A DNA stretch of 64,000 nucleotides, from contig JAISJI010000064.1 of the NCBI GenBank assembly GCA_031261605.1, positions 209-64,208 of the forward strand. Direction: 5' to 3'. The translations under genes were made by a program, and so were the position numbers. The DNA comes from Ignavibacteria bacterium (GTDB lineage Bacteria > Bacteroidota > Ignavibacteria > Kapaibacteriales > UBA2268). Below the pieces are notes generated by a model, which worked only from the letters and a program-made list of their open reading frames with translations, was not told where the DNA came from and made no database searches. Below are positions 8,859-19,167 of the stretch, piece after piece. Numbering within the stretch: position 1 is the stretch's first letter; every line of letters starts with the position of its first letter.

Positions 8859-10811
8859 TTATTTTGATTTGGAAATGCGATTAGCAATTTGCTCAGTATC
8901 CAAAATAAGGACAGTTTTATCTCCATACTGTGCTGCTCCCAACGAATATGGAACTTTGGATAATACACCGGTAAGCCGTTTTGGCGAAAGCATTGCATTC
9001 CCCACTACATCATCGCAATACAATTTATATACTTTTTTTTGCAATGAAAAAAGCACATATTTACTATTATGATTTTTTTTATTAGAAACTGGCAACTTGC
9101 TATTGAAAAGGTGTGCTAAATTTGCTGATGGGCAATATTTATTAATGTTTTTAGTTGTAATCTGCTCAGAAGAATCAGGCAAAATGGCGTAATAATTAGT
9201 ATCTGCTTTCAAAACCAAATAGTTACACAAACAATTCTCCATCTGAAATCTAAACTTTATTACGTTTTCCTTAGCATTATTGAGGAATACACGACCACCA
9301 GCCGACTGTGCAAATTTAATTGTATCTTTTAATAATTTTATCTGCTGATTAACCAATGACTTACGTCCATTATCAGTAAAAATTAATTCAAAAATACCGG
9401 AATGCGAACTTATATAAATATTTATAGATTGTTGCACTATCTTGTTGTTTTTCATATCGTTATCGCTATATATATTACAAACTATAATATGCCGTAAAAC
9501 CGTAGGTATTATCGTTTCAAAAAGCGACCATAAATCAGCAGTCACCATTACGTTAATGCCTGATATTTTTAGGGTTACAGATTTATTAACCGAATCAGCA
9601 ATTGCTTCTACATACTCCTTAATGCCAATAGTAAAATTAGAAAATGGCTTAGACCTCAACTCATCAATTTTTTCATAAATATTTTTTGAGAGCATAGAAG
9701 CATTAGCAATAGTATCAGATATTTGATTAGATAAAGATTGCAATAACTCCTTATTTTTATCAATATTAGCAACAATATTTTCAAGAATTTTAGACGGCAA
9801 ATTGGTAGAAATATTTTTAATTAAGTCATTTAATTGCAGTGGAATAGCATTAATATCACGATAAATATTATTTGAAGACAGAAGTAACTCATTTAATTTT
9901 TGTGATTTAAATAAAAGAAACGATATATCATTGTAATTTATAGTTTTATTAATTGAAATTGCTCTATCAGCTTCATTTGATTGTAAATTAGATATATTTT
10001 TAATAGAATTATTATCTGTAAAACTATTTAACATATTAATATAATTGTCTATTACATCAAATTGATTTACTGCTCCATCAAATACTTTCACCGAACTATC
10101 ATTAGCAATTTGCTTTAAATCATTTGCGGTTTTCTTTATGCTATTAATCTGCTCATTTGATAAAGTAACAGTGTTATTTCTTGATAACTTAACGGAATTT
10201 TCGAGCATTGTTATTAGTTGCGAAACCTCTTTTAAGTCAAATTTTTGCGTTTCATTATTATTATCAATTTTTACTTCACGCTCGGATGGAATAAAAGTAT
10301 TGATTTGATTGATATTATTAGAATTAACACCTATTTGATTAGAAATATTCTCATTATTTTTATCTATAACATTGTATTTATTAGTATTTATATCATCAAA
10401 CTTGAGATATGATGTTCTCTTTAACAGAGACAAATTTCTAGTAATTTGCTTACTTAATTCAATATAAATGTTTGCAATATCATTAGTTAGAAACGATAAT
10501 TCAGAAATATTATTGTAATTTATAGTACAAGTATTTGATAATAAGTCAGTTATATTAAGCAGCAAATCAATATCATTAACATTTAAAATTATTTCTCTCT
10601 CAATAGCAGCAGATATTATAATTATCAATTCATTAGTAACTCCCAATATATTCTTTAATTGAAAATATTTCCGCAATTTTTCTATAACAATACGCAACTG
10701 CATACGCACAGATTGTAATAATTCGGTCTGCGGAAATGCTTCAAAATCAAGAATAAGCATCTCAATTTTGCTCAAAATTGGAATAATATTAGTTGTGCTA
10801 TCTATTGTCAT
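8859..10811 (-). CDS. degenerate CheA/WspE-like protein (Hpt-like, HATPase-like, CheW-like P5), catalytic motifs apparently lost
   Basis: IISAAIEREIILNVNDIDLLLNITDLL (Hpt helix), RSKPFSNF..KSVTLKISG (P3/P4 junction), FTDNGR (G1-like), LGAAQYGDKTVLILD (P5). Confidence 0.65.
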   Translation of the reverse strand: MTIDSTTNIIPILSKIEMLILDFEAFPQTELLQSVRMQLRIVIEKLRKYFQLKNILGVTNELIIIISAAIEREIILNVNDIDLLLNITDLLSNTCTINYNNISELSFLTNDIANIYIELSKQITRNLSLLKRTSYLKFDDINTNKYNVIDKNNENISNQIGVNSNNINQINTFIPSEREVKIDNNNETQKFDLKEVSQLITMLENSVKLSRNNTVTLSNEQINSIKKTANDLKQIANDSSVKVFDGAVNQFDVIDNYINMLNSFTDNNSIKNISNLQSNEADRAISINKTINYNDISFLLFKSQKLNELLLSSNNIYRDINAIPLQLNDLIKNISTNLPSKILENIVANIDKNKELLQSLSNQISDTIANASMLSKNIYEKIDELRSKPFSNFTIGIKEYVEAIADSVNKSVTLKISGINVMVTADLWSLFETIIPTVLRHIIVCNIYSDNDMKNNKIVQQSINIYISSHSGIFELIFTDNGRKSLVNQQIKLLKDTIKFAQSAGGRVFLNNAKENVIKFRFQMENCLCNYLVLKADTNYYAILPDSSEQITTKNINKYCPSANLAHLFNSKLPVSNKKNHNSKYVLFSLQKKVYKLYCDDVVGNAMLSPKRLTGVLSKVPYSLGAAQYGDKTVLILDTEQIANRISKSK

Positions 10812-10812
10812 A

Positions 10813-11319
10813 CTATTTTATATTTAGCTCTATTTCATTGAAAATACTAATTTCATTTATTAAATATATTGATTGGGAATCATAATTAATTACTTTAGAA
10901 ATATGATTAAATTCTTTTTTTTCATAATTTTCGAAAGGAAGTTTAATTTTTGAATATTTAAATTTATTATCATCAATTAATATTAATGCTTTCTGATTTC
11001 CTTTTAATATTTCCAAAAGTATTTTATTTTTATGTCTGTTAGGTATATTTATGATAGAATTAATATCTATAATATTAGCTAACTCATTGTCAAATAATAT
11101 AAAACCAAATAATGAATTGCCAGCATCAAAATATTGAAATATTGATGGATAATTATTTCTAACTGCGCCTACATTTGTCAATTTAATGGCAAAATCAATC
11201 CCATCAATACTAAAAATTAATACATCTAAATATAATATATTATTAGTAGTTACTTCTGATTTTTTTGCAGCAACAGATAGCTTGGTTGGGGCATTTTCTA
11301 TAAATGATATAATTTTCAT
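10813..11319 (-). CDS. degenerate CheW-like protein
   Basis: LIFSIDGIDFAIKLTNVGAV...GFILFDNELANIIDINSII CheW pattern; lies between the MCP-like and CheA-like genes. Confidence 0.6.
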   Translation of the reverse strand: MKIISFIENAPTKLSVAAKKSEVTTNNILYLDVLIFSIDGIDFAIKLTNVGAVRNNYPSIFQYFDAGNSLFGFILFDNELANIIDINSIINIPNRHKNKILLEILKGNQKALILIDDNKFKYSKIKLPFENYEKKEFNHISKVINYDSQSIYLINEISIFNEIELNIK

Positions 11320-11329
11320 AACTTTATAT

Positions 11330-12934
11330 TTATATATTATTAGTAGTATTTAACAATAATTGTTGTTGTAAACTTATTGTAATTTTAATATTATCAATTA
11401 CTTTTACAATATTAATATCATTATTATCTATTTTATTTTTATCTATTATAGAATTAATAAATCTATATTGCTCAATCATATTTACAGTTTTATTATTTAA
11501 TGAATTGACCAATAGCAGCAATTCATTTAATCTGTTGTCATTCAATTGGTTACACAATATTGCAACATTAATATTAATTATATTTATAAGTATTTCAATC
11601 CCATTTATACTATCTTCTAACTTACTTATTCTATTGATGTTAGAATAAATAAGTTGATTATTATTTTCTAACTCTATAATAGCAGAATTAATTTTTTCGA
11701 AATCATTTATGTCAATTTTATTTGATAATTTCATTAATTCCGTAATCGTATCAGTCGCATCTTTATTTTTATTTCTATAATTTTTTTCTTTAGTTTCTCC
11801 CGCTCTATGAACTATGTAACTTTCAATATTATATATAAATTTCTCGAAGGTATTTATATTCCGCCACATAAATATATTAGGACGAGATTTAATATTAAAT
11901 ATTATTTTTAAGTTATTGCCATTATTATTAGTAACTAAATTATTTTCTATTCTTAATAAATTATTTATAACGTTGTTAGACCTTGAAATAAATAGTTTTA
12001 CTATTAATAGTGCGATAATTATTATCACTATAATTGTGCAACTTATTGAAATTATTGTTTTTATATCGTAATTAGCAAATAAATAATCTGATTTATATTT
12101 TTCACTTTTTGCAATTATTAGCAAATCCAATCCTTCATAATATATTTTCCCTATGCAAACAGATGAATCTTTTTCTATGTTTATATGTCCATTTATCATT
12201 ATTTTTGTATTTTCTAATAACTGGTTGATTCCATTATATTTATTTTTAGAATTAAATACATATTGCTTATTTGTATAATCCAAAATTGAAACTTCTCTAA
12301 CTCCTTCTATATAGTCAGTTATCTTTATAAATTGGTTCATTGGTATTAAAATTACGGTTACTCCATTTAACTCGCCATTTGCATTGTGATTGCCACTATA
12401 TGATATTATATATAGGATATCTTTAAATTTAACTAATCTATTAACTATTTGATTATACTTGAGTTGCGATGAAATTTTGTAATTATTCTCAAATATTTCA
12501 TCTATATATTGGGAAATCATATCTTTAAGAGAATTGTTATTGATTGATGTAGTAATTAAATTGCTTTTATTGAGTATATTTTCTATTGAAAACAGTGCAT
12601 AATGATAAGCATATCCATCATAATTTGCAGCATTATTTCCGTAAAAATTATCTGTTATCTCTTTATTTTTTAATATATTATATGAATTTTGCGATATTTC
12701 TTTGTGTATTTTTACCGTAAGTGCATTAATTGTGAATTGGATGGTCTTAAATGTATTATTTAATATTTTTATATCATTGCGGACTCCAATCTCTGAATCT
12801 GCAATTTCTTTTTCCTTTACGGCTTTTTCTATACTATCAATTTTTCCTGAATACGATAATTCAAATCCAATGAAAGCCAGAATGATTATTACGACTGTAA
12901 CGGGGATAAATATTTTTTCTAATTTTACTTCCAT
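11330..12934 (-). CDS. degenerate methyl-accepting chemoreceptor-like membrane protein
   Basis: N-terminal TM, about 260 aa extracytoplasmic domain, second TM, coiled-coil tail with IEILININIINVAILCNQL resembling the TNLLxLNAAIEA hairpin. Confidence 0.55.
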   Translation of the reverse strand: MEVKLEKIFIPVTVVIIILAFIGFELSYSGKIDSIEKAVKEKEIADSEIGVRNDIKILNNTFKTIQFTINALTVKIHKEISQNSYNILKNKEITDNFYGNNAANYDGYAYHYALFSIENILNKSNLITTSINNNSLKDMISQYIDEIFENNYKISSQLKYNQIVNRLVKFKDILYIISYSGNHNANGELNGVTVILIPMNQFIKITDYIEGVREVSILDYTNKQYVFNSKNKYNGINQLLENTKIMINGHINIEKDSSVCIGKIYYEGLDLLIIAKSEKYKSDYLFANYDIKTIISISCTIIVIIIIALLIVKLFISRSNNVINNLLRIENNLVTNNNGNNLKIIFNIKSRPNIFMWRNINTFEKFIYNIESYIVHRAGETKEKNYRNKNKDATDTITELMKLSNKIDINDFEKINSAIIELENNNQLIYSNINRISKLEDSINGIEILINIININVAILCNQLNDNRLNELLLLVNSLNNKTVNMIEQYRFINSIIDKNKIDNNDINIVKVIDNIKITISLQQQLLLNTTNNI

Positions 12935-12982
12935 ATCTAACTCTCTGAAATATAATTTGTTATACTAATTTATGTTATTACT

Positions 12983-13000
12983 ATGCAAATATCGTGCCAA
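12983..13000 (-). promoter_or_regulatory. sigma-54 (RpoN) -24/-12 promoter TTGGCACGATATTTGCAT
   Basis: Matches YTGGCACG-N4-TTGCW with GG-N10-GC spacing, about 50 bp upstream of the 12934 start. Confidence 0.8.
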
Positions 13001-13116
13001 GTTCTTACAAATTTTATGTGGAAAAATTTATTGTTATATTTAAATTTTGAAATGTTTTTTATTTGCAAATTATTAGTATATTGCGTTTCTTAATTACGCT
13101 TTATAATTAAATTTTT

Positions 13117-13470
13117 ATGAAAAAAGAGCACAAAAAAGCAAATTTATTAGAACTTACCCCTATACACTTACTTACGCATGAATATAGAGCCGATGGCGAA
13201 ATTGATGTCCTCGTTCCTCGCTTTAAGCATTCTGTGTTTCAAAAAATATTGCCAAAGCATCGCAGCCCATATATAAAGGCGAATTTGGATGAACTTGGCA
13301 CTGCTACTTGGGAACTCATTGATGGAAAGCGGAATGTTACGGAAATTGCAGAGATGATGGTAGAGAAATATGGTGAGCGTATAGAACCTGTGCATCAGCG
13401 AGTTTCGGCGTTTATGCAGCAAATGTATCGGAATAAATTTATTTCATTTGTGGAATTTTCGGAAGATTAG
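13117..13470 (+). CDS. PqqD-family (RRE-like) protein
   Basis: LDELGTATWELIDGKRNVTEIAE...RVSAFMQQMYRNKFI. Confidence 0.8.
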   Translation: MKKEHKKANLLELTPIHLLTHEYRADGEIDVLVPRFKHSVFQKILPKHRSPYIKANLDELGTATWELIDGKRNVTEIAEMMVEKYGERIEPVHQRVSAFMQQMYRNKFISFVEFSED

Positions 13471-13485
13471 AAATGCTATTTTCAA

Positions 13486-16400
13486 CTACTCAACTATTAC
13501 GAACTTGCAATAGGTAACATCTCCCCCGCCATTTGTGTTGTTGGTAGCGCGAATAATATATATTCCGATACCACAAATATTGCCATTATTATCACGCAAA
13601 TCCCATTCCGTTCCTCCATTGCCATCGTATTCATCCAATGTGCGAAGCAATTTTCCTGCAATACTCTGTATTTCAATTTTTGCATTATGCGTAAGATGCC
13701 CAATGTATGCGGTGCTATGCGTAGAGAGGCGTATAGGACTTGGATAGACGTAGATTTTGGATAGCGAATTTGTGGCTAATGTAAAGCCGAGAGTATTGCC
13801 AGCACCAGCGGTCATCTTACGACCGGAGAGAGCCATTATATCTATATTTGCGGTTATTAGATAGTCCTTGCCTCGTGCCTCCAATTTTAGATTACCAGAT
13901 AAATCTATACGCAATTTATCCGTTGCAAGTATTGATATATCTGCTATTTCGCCATAAGGAGCAAGTTTATAATTAGCAATATGCGTTGCTGTGTATGTGT
14001 CTACCGCTTCGGAAAATGTGATGTATAATGTTGCTGGCGGTGCATATATTAGCGAAGTGAGGTATAGTTCATCGCTATGGACATTGCTTACAATTACTTG
14101 TAAAGTATCGGAAATAGTAGGATTGCCGTAGTAATCTGTAATTGAACTTGCGAGCAAATAGTATGTTCCATCTTCCAAATCCTCAGCGAATACAAGTGCT
14201 ACGGAGGAATCTGTAATTAGTGAGAGGCAACTAATTGGAGAAATATTCCGCTCCAATTTTTTAAGTAAAAAACTTCCTGCTTCAATATTCATCTGCAAAC
14301 GCTCGCTATACTTGACTTTCAGCAGATTGGTATTTAGCATTGTCGCTATAAGTGGCTTTGTAATTGGCTTTGTGGTTATAGTAACTATCTCGGAGAAGTA
14401 GTTTGTTGTTTGTAATTTCACATAAGAGGTGTAATTGGTATTCGGCTGTAAATCGTTGATGTCAGCGGTGTTGTTGGCTGTTTTGTATATTGTGAAAACG
14501 GAACTTGGATTGGATAACTCGCTTGTTTCTATTATCCACAATTCGTATTCTGAGTTCTCCACTTGCCTCCATTCAAAATGTGCAGCAGTGCTAGAAATAG
14601 CGTATCCCTTGAAGTATGCGACTTCTGAACCAATTTTGTAGTCAGGAACAAACTCGTAAAACTCGGTTTCCCCGAATGTTGTAAAGCAAATTTCATTATC
14701 TCCATTCTTATCAAAATCGGCAATAACCACAGCGTTTGTATTATTCGCAGGATACGACCACATAGGCGAAAGTTGCTTGGTATCAGCATCCCACTTCAAT
14801 ACATACAAATTTGGGAATGTTGCAATTACTACTTCATCGCCAGCAATTCCATCTATATTACCAGTATGAACAGCGTTTCTCATAGGTGAATAATTTCGGA
14901 CCCCCCAAATATCATCTTCAAATAATTTTGTGATGCCATTGTTATTGGCAGAGAAAACTTGGTATGTCCATAGTTCTGTTTTTCCAAGTATGCCCGATAC
15001 ATCATTGATTTTACCATAAGATAGATATATTATTTCATCCCTTCCATCATTATCAATATCTCCGGCTGTGATTGGTATTTGCGTAAATGTCTCTCTGTAA
15101 TATGGATAATCCAACTTGTAGTAATCCTTTACAACGGCTTGGAATCCGCTAACATCAACGATGAGCAGATAATTATTTTGAGCGGTAGTTAGAGCAAGAT
15201 AGTTTTTCCCATCGCTATAAAAATTTCCAACTGCAACACCATTTCGCAGTGCATATTTGCCGGTATCAATGCCATACATAAGGTCATTAATATTTGCTTG
15301 CAGGAGTAATTGATACTTATCAGCAACGTAAGAATAGATGTAGAACGAGTTCCAGTTGTCGCAAAATAGAATCTCGTCTTTGCCGTCTCCATCAAAATCA
15401 AATAGCCCTTCGCAATACATTGCATCGTAGTTGGAGGTAGAAAATATTTGGTTGCTAAACTGGGACTCCCCCGCTGCTTGCGGTTGATAAAGAGCACTGT
15501 TGCCATAGTATCCAGTCATTATTTCTAATATGCCATCTCCATTGGAATCGCCAATGCCTTGTGCGTATCCGTTAGATTGGCTGCTATCTACTGCTACTAT
15601 TGCTGTATCATCTAATTTGTAAATGTATAACTTGCCTACATCATCAATACTAAATGGGCTTGCAAGTATTTCATTATCACCGAAAGTGGATTTGTATAAA
15701 TAAGATGATGCAAATGAGTATGGCTTTTTAGTAAAGGTGTAGGAATCAAAATGGTCGGAGCGTCTTCTAAATTCAAATGGCTGGCGCGCTACCAATTCTG
15801 TAGTTGGCACGTATGCTTCTACATATCCTTCTATATCCGTATCTATGGGAATATTCTCAACGGCGAGTGAATGATTATCGGTTATGTATTCATTAGATAT
15901 AACTGCGTGATAGTTTGTGTCAGCGGAATTTTTATCTTTGTAATATATTGTTGCGATGGTTGGAATATTTGTTTTTATATTGAACAAGGGAATACGATTG
16001 TCGTAATAATATGGCTGGTAAATTTCAAAATCTGTAATTTTAAGTAAAGTGGAATCCGTGCATAAGCCAATGTGAATTCGGTCTTCAAAGGTATTTCCAT
16101 TTTTCAAATTAAGTGTTAAACTAATGGTGTATGTTTCAATTTTGTCTTTGAGTTGCTTATCAAACAATGCCGTAGCAAGATTACATAGATGTCCGTCAAT
16201 GACTACCATTGACGATGGTGCAGAGATTGTATCCCAAGTTTTTCCATTTGCAGAAATTCGCACAAGCCACGTATCTATCAATGGAGTAGCCGTAGAGCCG
16301 GTAATAGTAATGGTATCGGTATGTGATAAATTTATGATGCTGTTGTGAAATGGTGTAGCGATTTCTATTTTTGTCTTTGCAATGTTCTGCAAAGCAGCAT

Positions 16401-17598
16401 AAGCATTCACTATTCCGGCACCATATTCAGGTGTCCAACCGTTAGCAACTTGCGTTGCGGTATTTTGGATTATCCCTTTTATATCAGTTGGTGTGAGTGT
16501 TACATCTTTCTCTAAAAGCATTGCTACAACAGCGGAAACAATAGGAGCGGAAAAAGAAGTGCCATTGTTATATGTCCATTCATTGTTCAATGTGGCGACG
16601 TAGATATTTGCACCGGGGGCAGTTATTGTTAATCTATCGCCATAGTTAAAAATACGGCGTTGTTGTTGGTCGCATCCGCCAACGGAAATTACTTCTGGAT
16701 AGTCGGATGGAAAGTGTGGCGTTGTCTTACCTTCATTGCCAGCAGAAGCAACAACAACGCAGTTCATAGCAAAAGCAAATTTAATTGCCGTATGCAAAAG
16801 CGGTGAGTCGTCATACTCGCCACTACTAAGATTTATTACATTTGCACCATTCAGAACAGCATATACAATAGCATTTGCTATATCTTTGCATTCGGAATTT
16901 CCAGATACATCGTGCGTCCGTAATGCCATAATTTTTGTATTTGGAGCAACACTTAGAACAACGCTTGCGACTTGTGTTCCGTGTCTATGCTCATCGTATG
17001 GGTCTGGGTCAGGAGTGCGAGTATCTCCTTGTATGATAACTGCTTTATTTATGAAATCATATCCAATTACATCATCTATATAGCCATTGCCATCATCGTC
17101 AATACCATTAATATCACCAAAGTCAAATATGCCATTGCCATTCAAATCTTCTAGTGGATTAACCCATAACTTGTTAGTAAATACGGAGTCGTTGTAATCA
17201 ATACCGGTATCCAACACAGCAACGACAATACCATTTCCGGTTGCTAACTTCCAAGCATCCATTGCTTTAATTGTAGTGAGATACCAGCGTTTTGTATCAA
17301 CTTGCGAAGTGGTCTTAGCTGTATCTATACTTAATATTGATGTCGGGATAGTGTGCTTGTGGTGTATGTGGGCTGGAACAATGTAATAGGATTGCAATTC
17401 GGAAAGCAGAAGTTGTGCTTGCGTAGGAATGTTTAGTTTGTCTAATTTTCTTGCATCAATTTTAACTACGGGTTCATAATTATCGCTAATATGCTCATTT
17501 GGGCTTAACTTAACAATGCAAACATCTGGTTTAGCAGATGCAGATAACATTGCAAGGAATAATAAAATTGAGAATATATGTGTAAGTATTTTTAGCAT
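13486..17598 (-). CDS. S8 subtilisin-family protease with FG-GAP/VCBS repeats, FN3/Ig-like domains and T9SS-like C-terminus
   Basis: VAVLDTGID, HGTQVAS, SAGNEG, GTSFSAP catalytic triad; DxDGDGxDEI repeats; VYPSP C-terminal domain. Confidence 0.9.
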   Translation of the reverse strand: MLKILTHIFSILLFLAMLSASAKPDVCIVKLSPNEHISDNYEPVVKIDARKLDKLNIPTQAQLLLSELQSYYIVPAHIHHKHTIPTSILSIDTAKTTSQVDTKRWYLTTIKAMDAWKLATGNGIVVAVLDTGIDYNDSVFTNKLWVNPLEDLNGNGIFDFGDINGIDDDGNGYIDDVIGYDFINKAVIIQGDTRTPDPDPYDEHRHGTQVASVVLSVAPNTKIMALRTHDVSGNSECKDIANAIVYAVLNGANVINLSSGEYDDSPLLHTAIKFAFAMNCVVVASAGNEGKTTPHFPSDYPEVISVGGCDQQQRRIFNYGDRLTITAPGANIYVATLNNEWTYNNGTSFSAPIVSAVVAMLLEKDVTLTPTDIKGIIQNTATQVANGWTPEYGAGIVNAYAALQNIAKTKIEIATPFHNSIINLSHTDTITITGSTATPLIDTWLVRISANGKTWDTISAPSSMVVIDGHLCNLATALFDKQLKDKIETYTISLTLNLKNGNTFEDRIHIGLCTDSTLLKITDFEIYQPYYYDNRIPLFNIKTNIPTIATIYYKDKNSADTNYHAVISNEYITDNHSLAVENIPIDTDIEGYVEAYVPTTELVARQPFEFRRRSDHFDSYTFTKKPYSFASSYLYKSTFGDNEILASPFSIDDVGKLYIYKLDDTAIVAVDSSQSNGYAQGIGDSNGDGILEIMTGYYGNSALYQPQAAGESQFSNQIFSTSNYDAMYCEGLFDFDGDGKDEILFCDNWNSFYIYSYVADKYQLLLQANINDLMYGIDTGKYALRNGVAVGNFYSDGKNYLALTTAQNNYLLIVDVSGFQAVVKDYYKLDYPYYRETFTQIPITAGDIDNDGRDEIIYLSYGKINDVSGILGKTELWTYQVFSANNNGITKLFEDDIWGVRNYSPMRNAVHTGNIDGIAGDEVVIATFPNLYVLKWDADTKQLSPMWSYPANNTNAVVIADFDKNGDNEICFTTFGETEFYEFVPDYKIGSEVAYFKGYAISSTAAHFEWRQVENSEYELWIIETSELSNPSSVFTIYKTANNTADINDLQPNTNYTSYVKLQTTNYFSEIVTITTKPITKPLIATMLNTNLLKVKYSERLQMNIEAGSFLLKKLERNISPISCLSLITDSSVALVFAEDLEDGTYYLLASSITDYYGNPTISDTLQVIVSNVHSDELYLTSLIYAPPATLYITFSEAVDTYTATHIANYKLAPYGEIADISILATDKLRIDLSGNLKLEARGKDYLITANIDIMALSGRKMTAGAGNTLGFTLATNSLSKIYVYPSPIRLSTHSTAYIGHLTHNAKIEIQSIAGKLLRTLDEYDGNGGTEWDLRDNNGNICGIGIYIIRATNNTNGGGDVTYCKFVIVE

Positions 17599-17731
17599 AA
17601 TTGAAGTAAATATGTAAAAGCATTAAACCCCAAATATACAAAAATTGACATATAATATAGTTATAGATTTATAATTATGTGGTATATTACCAATCTTTAA
17701 ATTTACATTTGTCGAACTAATTGGTGAATTA

Positions 17732-19108
17732 ATGCCTGAGGTAGATAGCCGAGAGCATCTTGGAGTTGCTCCCATACCCAAACTATTACGTGAATTTTCT
17801 ATACCTGCCGTTGTTGGATTGCTCGTCAATGGTATGTATAATATTGTGGATAGGATATTTGTAGGACAGGGAGTAGGCACATTAGGAATAGCTGGAATGA
17901 CAGTTGGCTTTCCAATTATATTAATGACATTAGGACTTACTCTGCTAATAAGTGTAGGAGCAAATGTTACATTCGGTATTCGTCTTGGCGAGCGTAAATA
18001 TGATGAAGCAGAAGAAATATTGGGCAATTCATTTGTAATGATGTTCATCGTTGCGGTGGTGGTTTCAATAATATGTCTCGTGTTCTTACATCCCATACTA
18101 TCTATATTTGGAGCAAGTCCGGAGGTATTGCCTTACGCAGCGGATTATCTAAAAGTGATAATGATAGGTAATGTGTTTGGGACAATGGCACTCGGATTAA
18201 ATAACTTAATGCGAACAGCAGGAGCGCCCAAGTTATCAATGCTCACACAGATAATAGGAAGTATAGTCAATGCAGGATTAGCCCCATTATTTATTTTCCA
18301 ATTTAATATGGGCATAAAGGGGGCTGCTTATGCAACGATTATAGCACAGGGAATATCGGCAATTTGGTGCTTTGCGTATTTTGTGCTCAAGTCCAGTCCA
18401 TACAGAATTAGACCAAAATATTTCAAACTCAAAGCAAAGTTAATCTCTGGAATGTGCAAATTAGGAATGGCACCATTCTCGATGCAAATATGTTCAAGTA
18501 TAGTAAATGTAATATTGATAAAGATGCTGGCGTCTTATGGCGGAGATACTGCTATTTCTGTCATTGGCTTGCTCATTAGCATCAATTCCGTAGTTCTGTT
18601 TCCTATTATGGGAATCAGTCAAGGAATGCAACCGATAATAAGTTATAATTATGGCGCAAGGAATTTGGTGCGAATACTTAGAGCGTATAGGTTGGCATTA
18701 TTAGTATCAACTATATATGTAACGCTGGGATTTTTGCTACTACAAATATTCCCGGCACAAGTAATTTCAGTATTTAATAGCAATGATGCTGAGTTGGTAA
18801 AGATGGGCGTGCATAGCATTAGAATATTCTCATTGTTCTTTCCAACAGTTGGCTTCCAAATTATGACTTCCATATTCTTTCAAGCAACAAATAGACCAAC
18901 GCAATCAATCGTATTGGGTTTGTCGCGTCAGATAATATTTTTGCTACCACTTATATCAACTCTTCCATTCATATTTGGATTTGATGGCATCATATATTCA
19001 TTTCCAATAGCGGATGTCCTGTCCACCGTTCTTACATTTATATTCATATCAAAGGAGATGAAAATATACAAAAGGCAGTTGCGTCCGTATAAGAGGTTTA
19101 TTTATTAG
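17732..19108 (+). CDS. MATE family efflux transporter (MepA-like)
   Basis: YNIVDRIFVG, GIKGAAYAT, GMQPIISYNYGA; multiple TM segments. Confidence 0.92.
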   Translation: MPEVDSREHLGVAPIPKLLREFSIPAVVGLLVNGMYNIVDRIFVGQGVGTLGIAGMTVGFPIILMTLGLTLLISVGANVTFGIRLGERKYDEAEEILGNSFVMMFIVAVVVSIICLVFLHPILSIFGASPEVLPYAADYLKVIMIGNVFGTMALGLNNLMRTAGAPKLSMLTQIIGSIVNAGLAPLFIFQFNMGIKGAAYATIIAQGISAIWCFAYFVLKSSPYRIRPKYFKLKAKLISGMCKLGMAPFSMQICSSIVNVILIKMLASYGGDTAISVIGLLISINSVVLFPIMGISQGMQPIISYNYGARNLVRILRAYRLALLVSTIYVTLGFLLLQIFPAQVISVFNSNDAELVKMGVHSIRIFSLFFPTVGFQIMTSIFFQATNRPTQSIVLGLSRQIIFLLPLISTLPFIFGFDGIIYSFPIADVLSTVLTFIFISKEMKIYKRQLRPYKRFIY

Positions 19109-19129
19109 GATTGGAATACGACCTACATC

Positions 19130-19161
19130 ACTCTTCCTACAAGGAATGAGTAATTTTTTTT
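19130..19161 (+). terminator. probable intrinsic terminator
   Basis: ACTCTTCCT/AGGAATGAGT imperfect hairpin followed by a T-run after the MATE stop. Confidence 0.5.
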
Positions 19162-19167
19162 GAGCGA

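Noticed and set aside
8821-13026. TGTGGAAAAA at 8821-8830 and 13017-13026 flanking the AT-rich operon
   Set aside because: Only 10 bp, low complexity, and it also occurs at 6542; too weak for a target-site duplication
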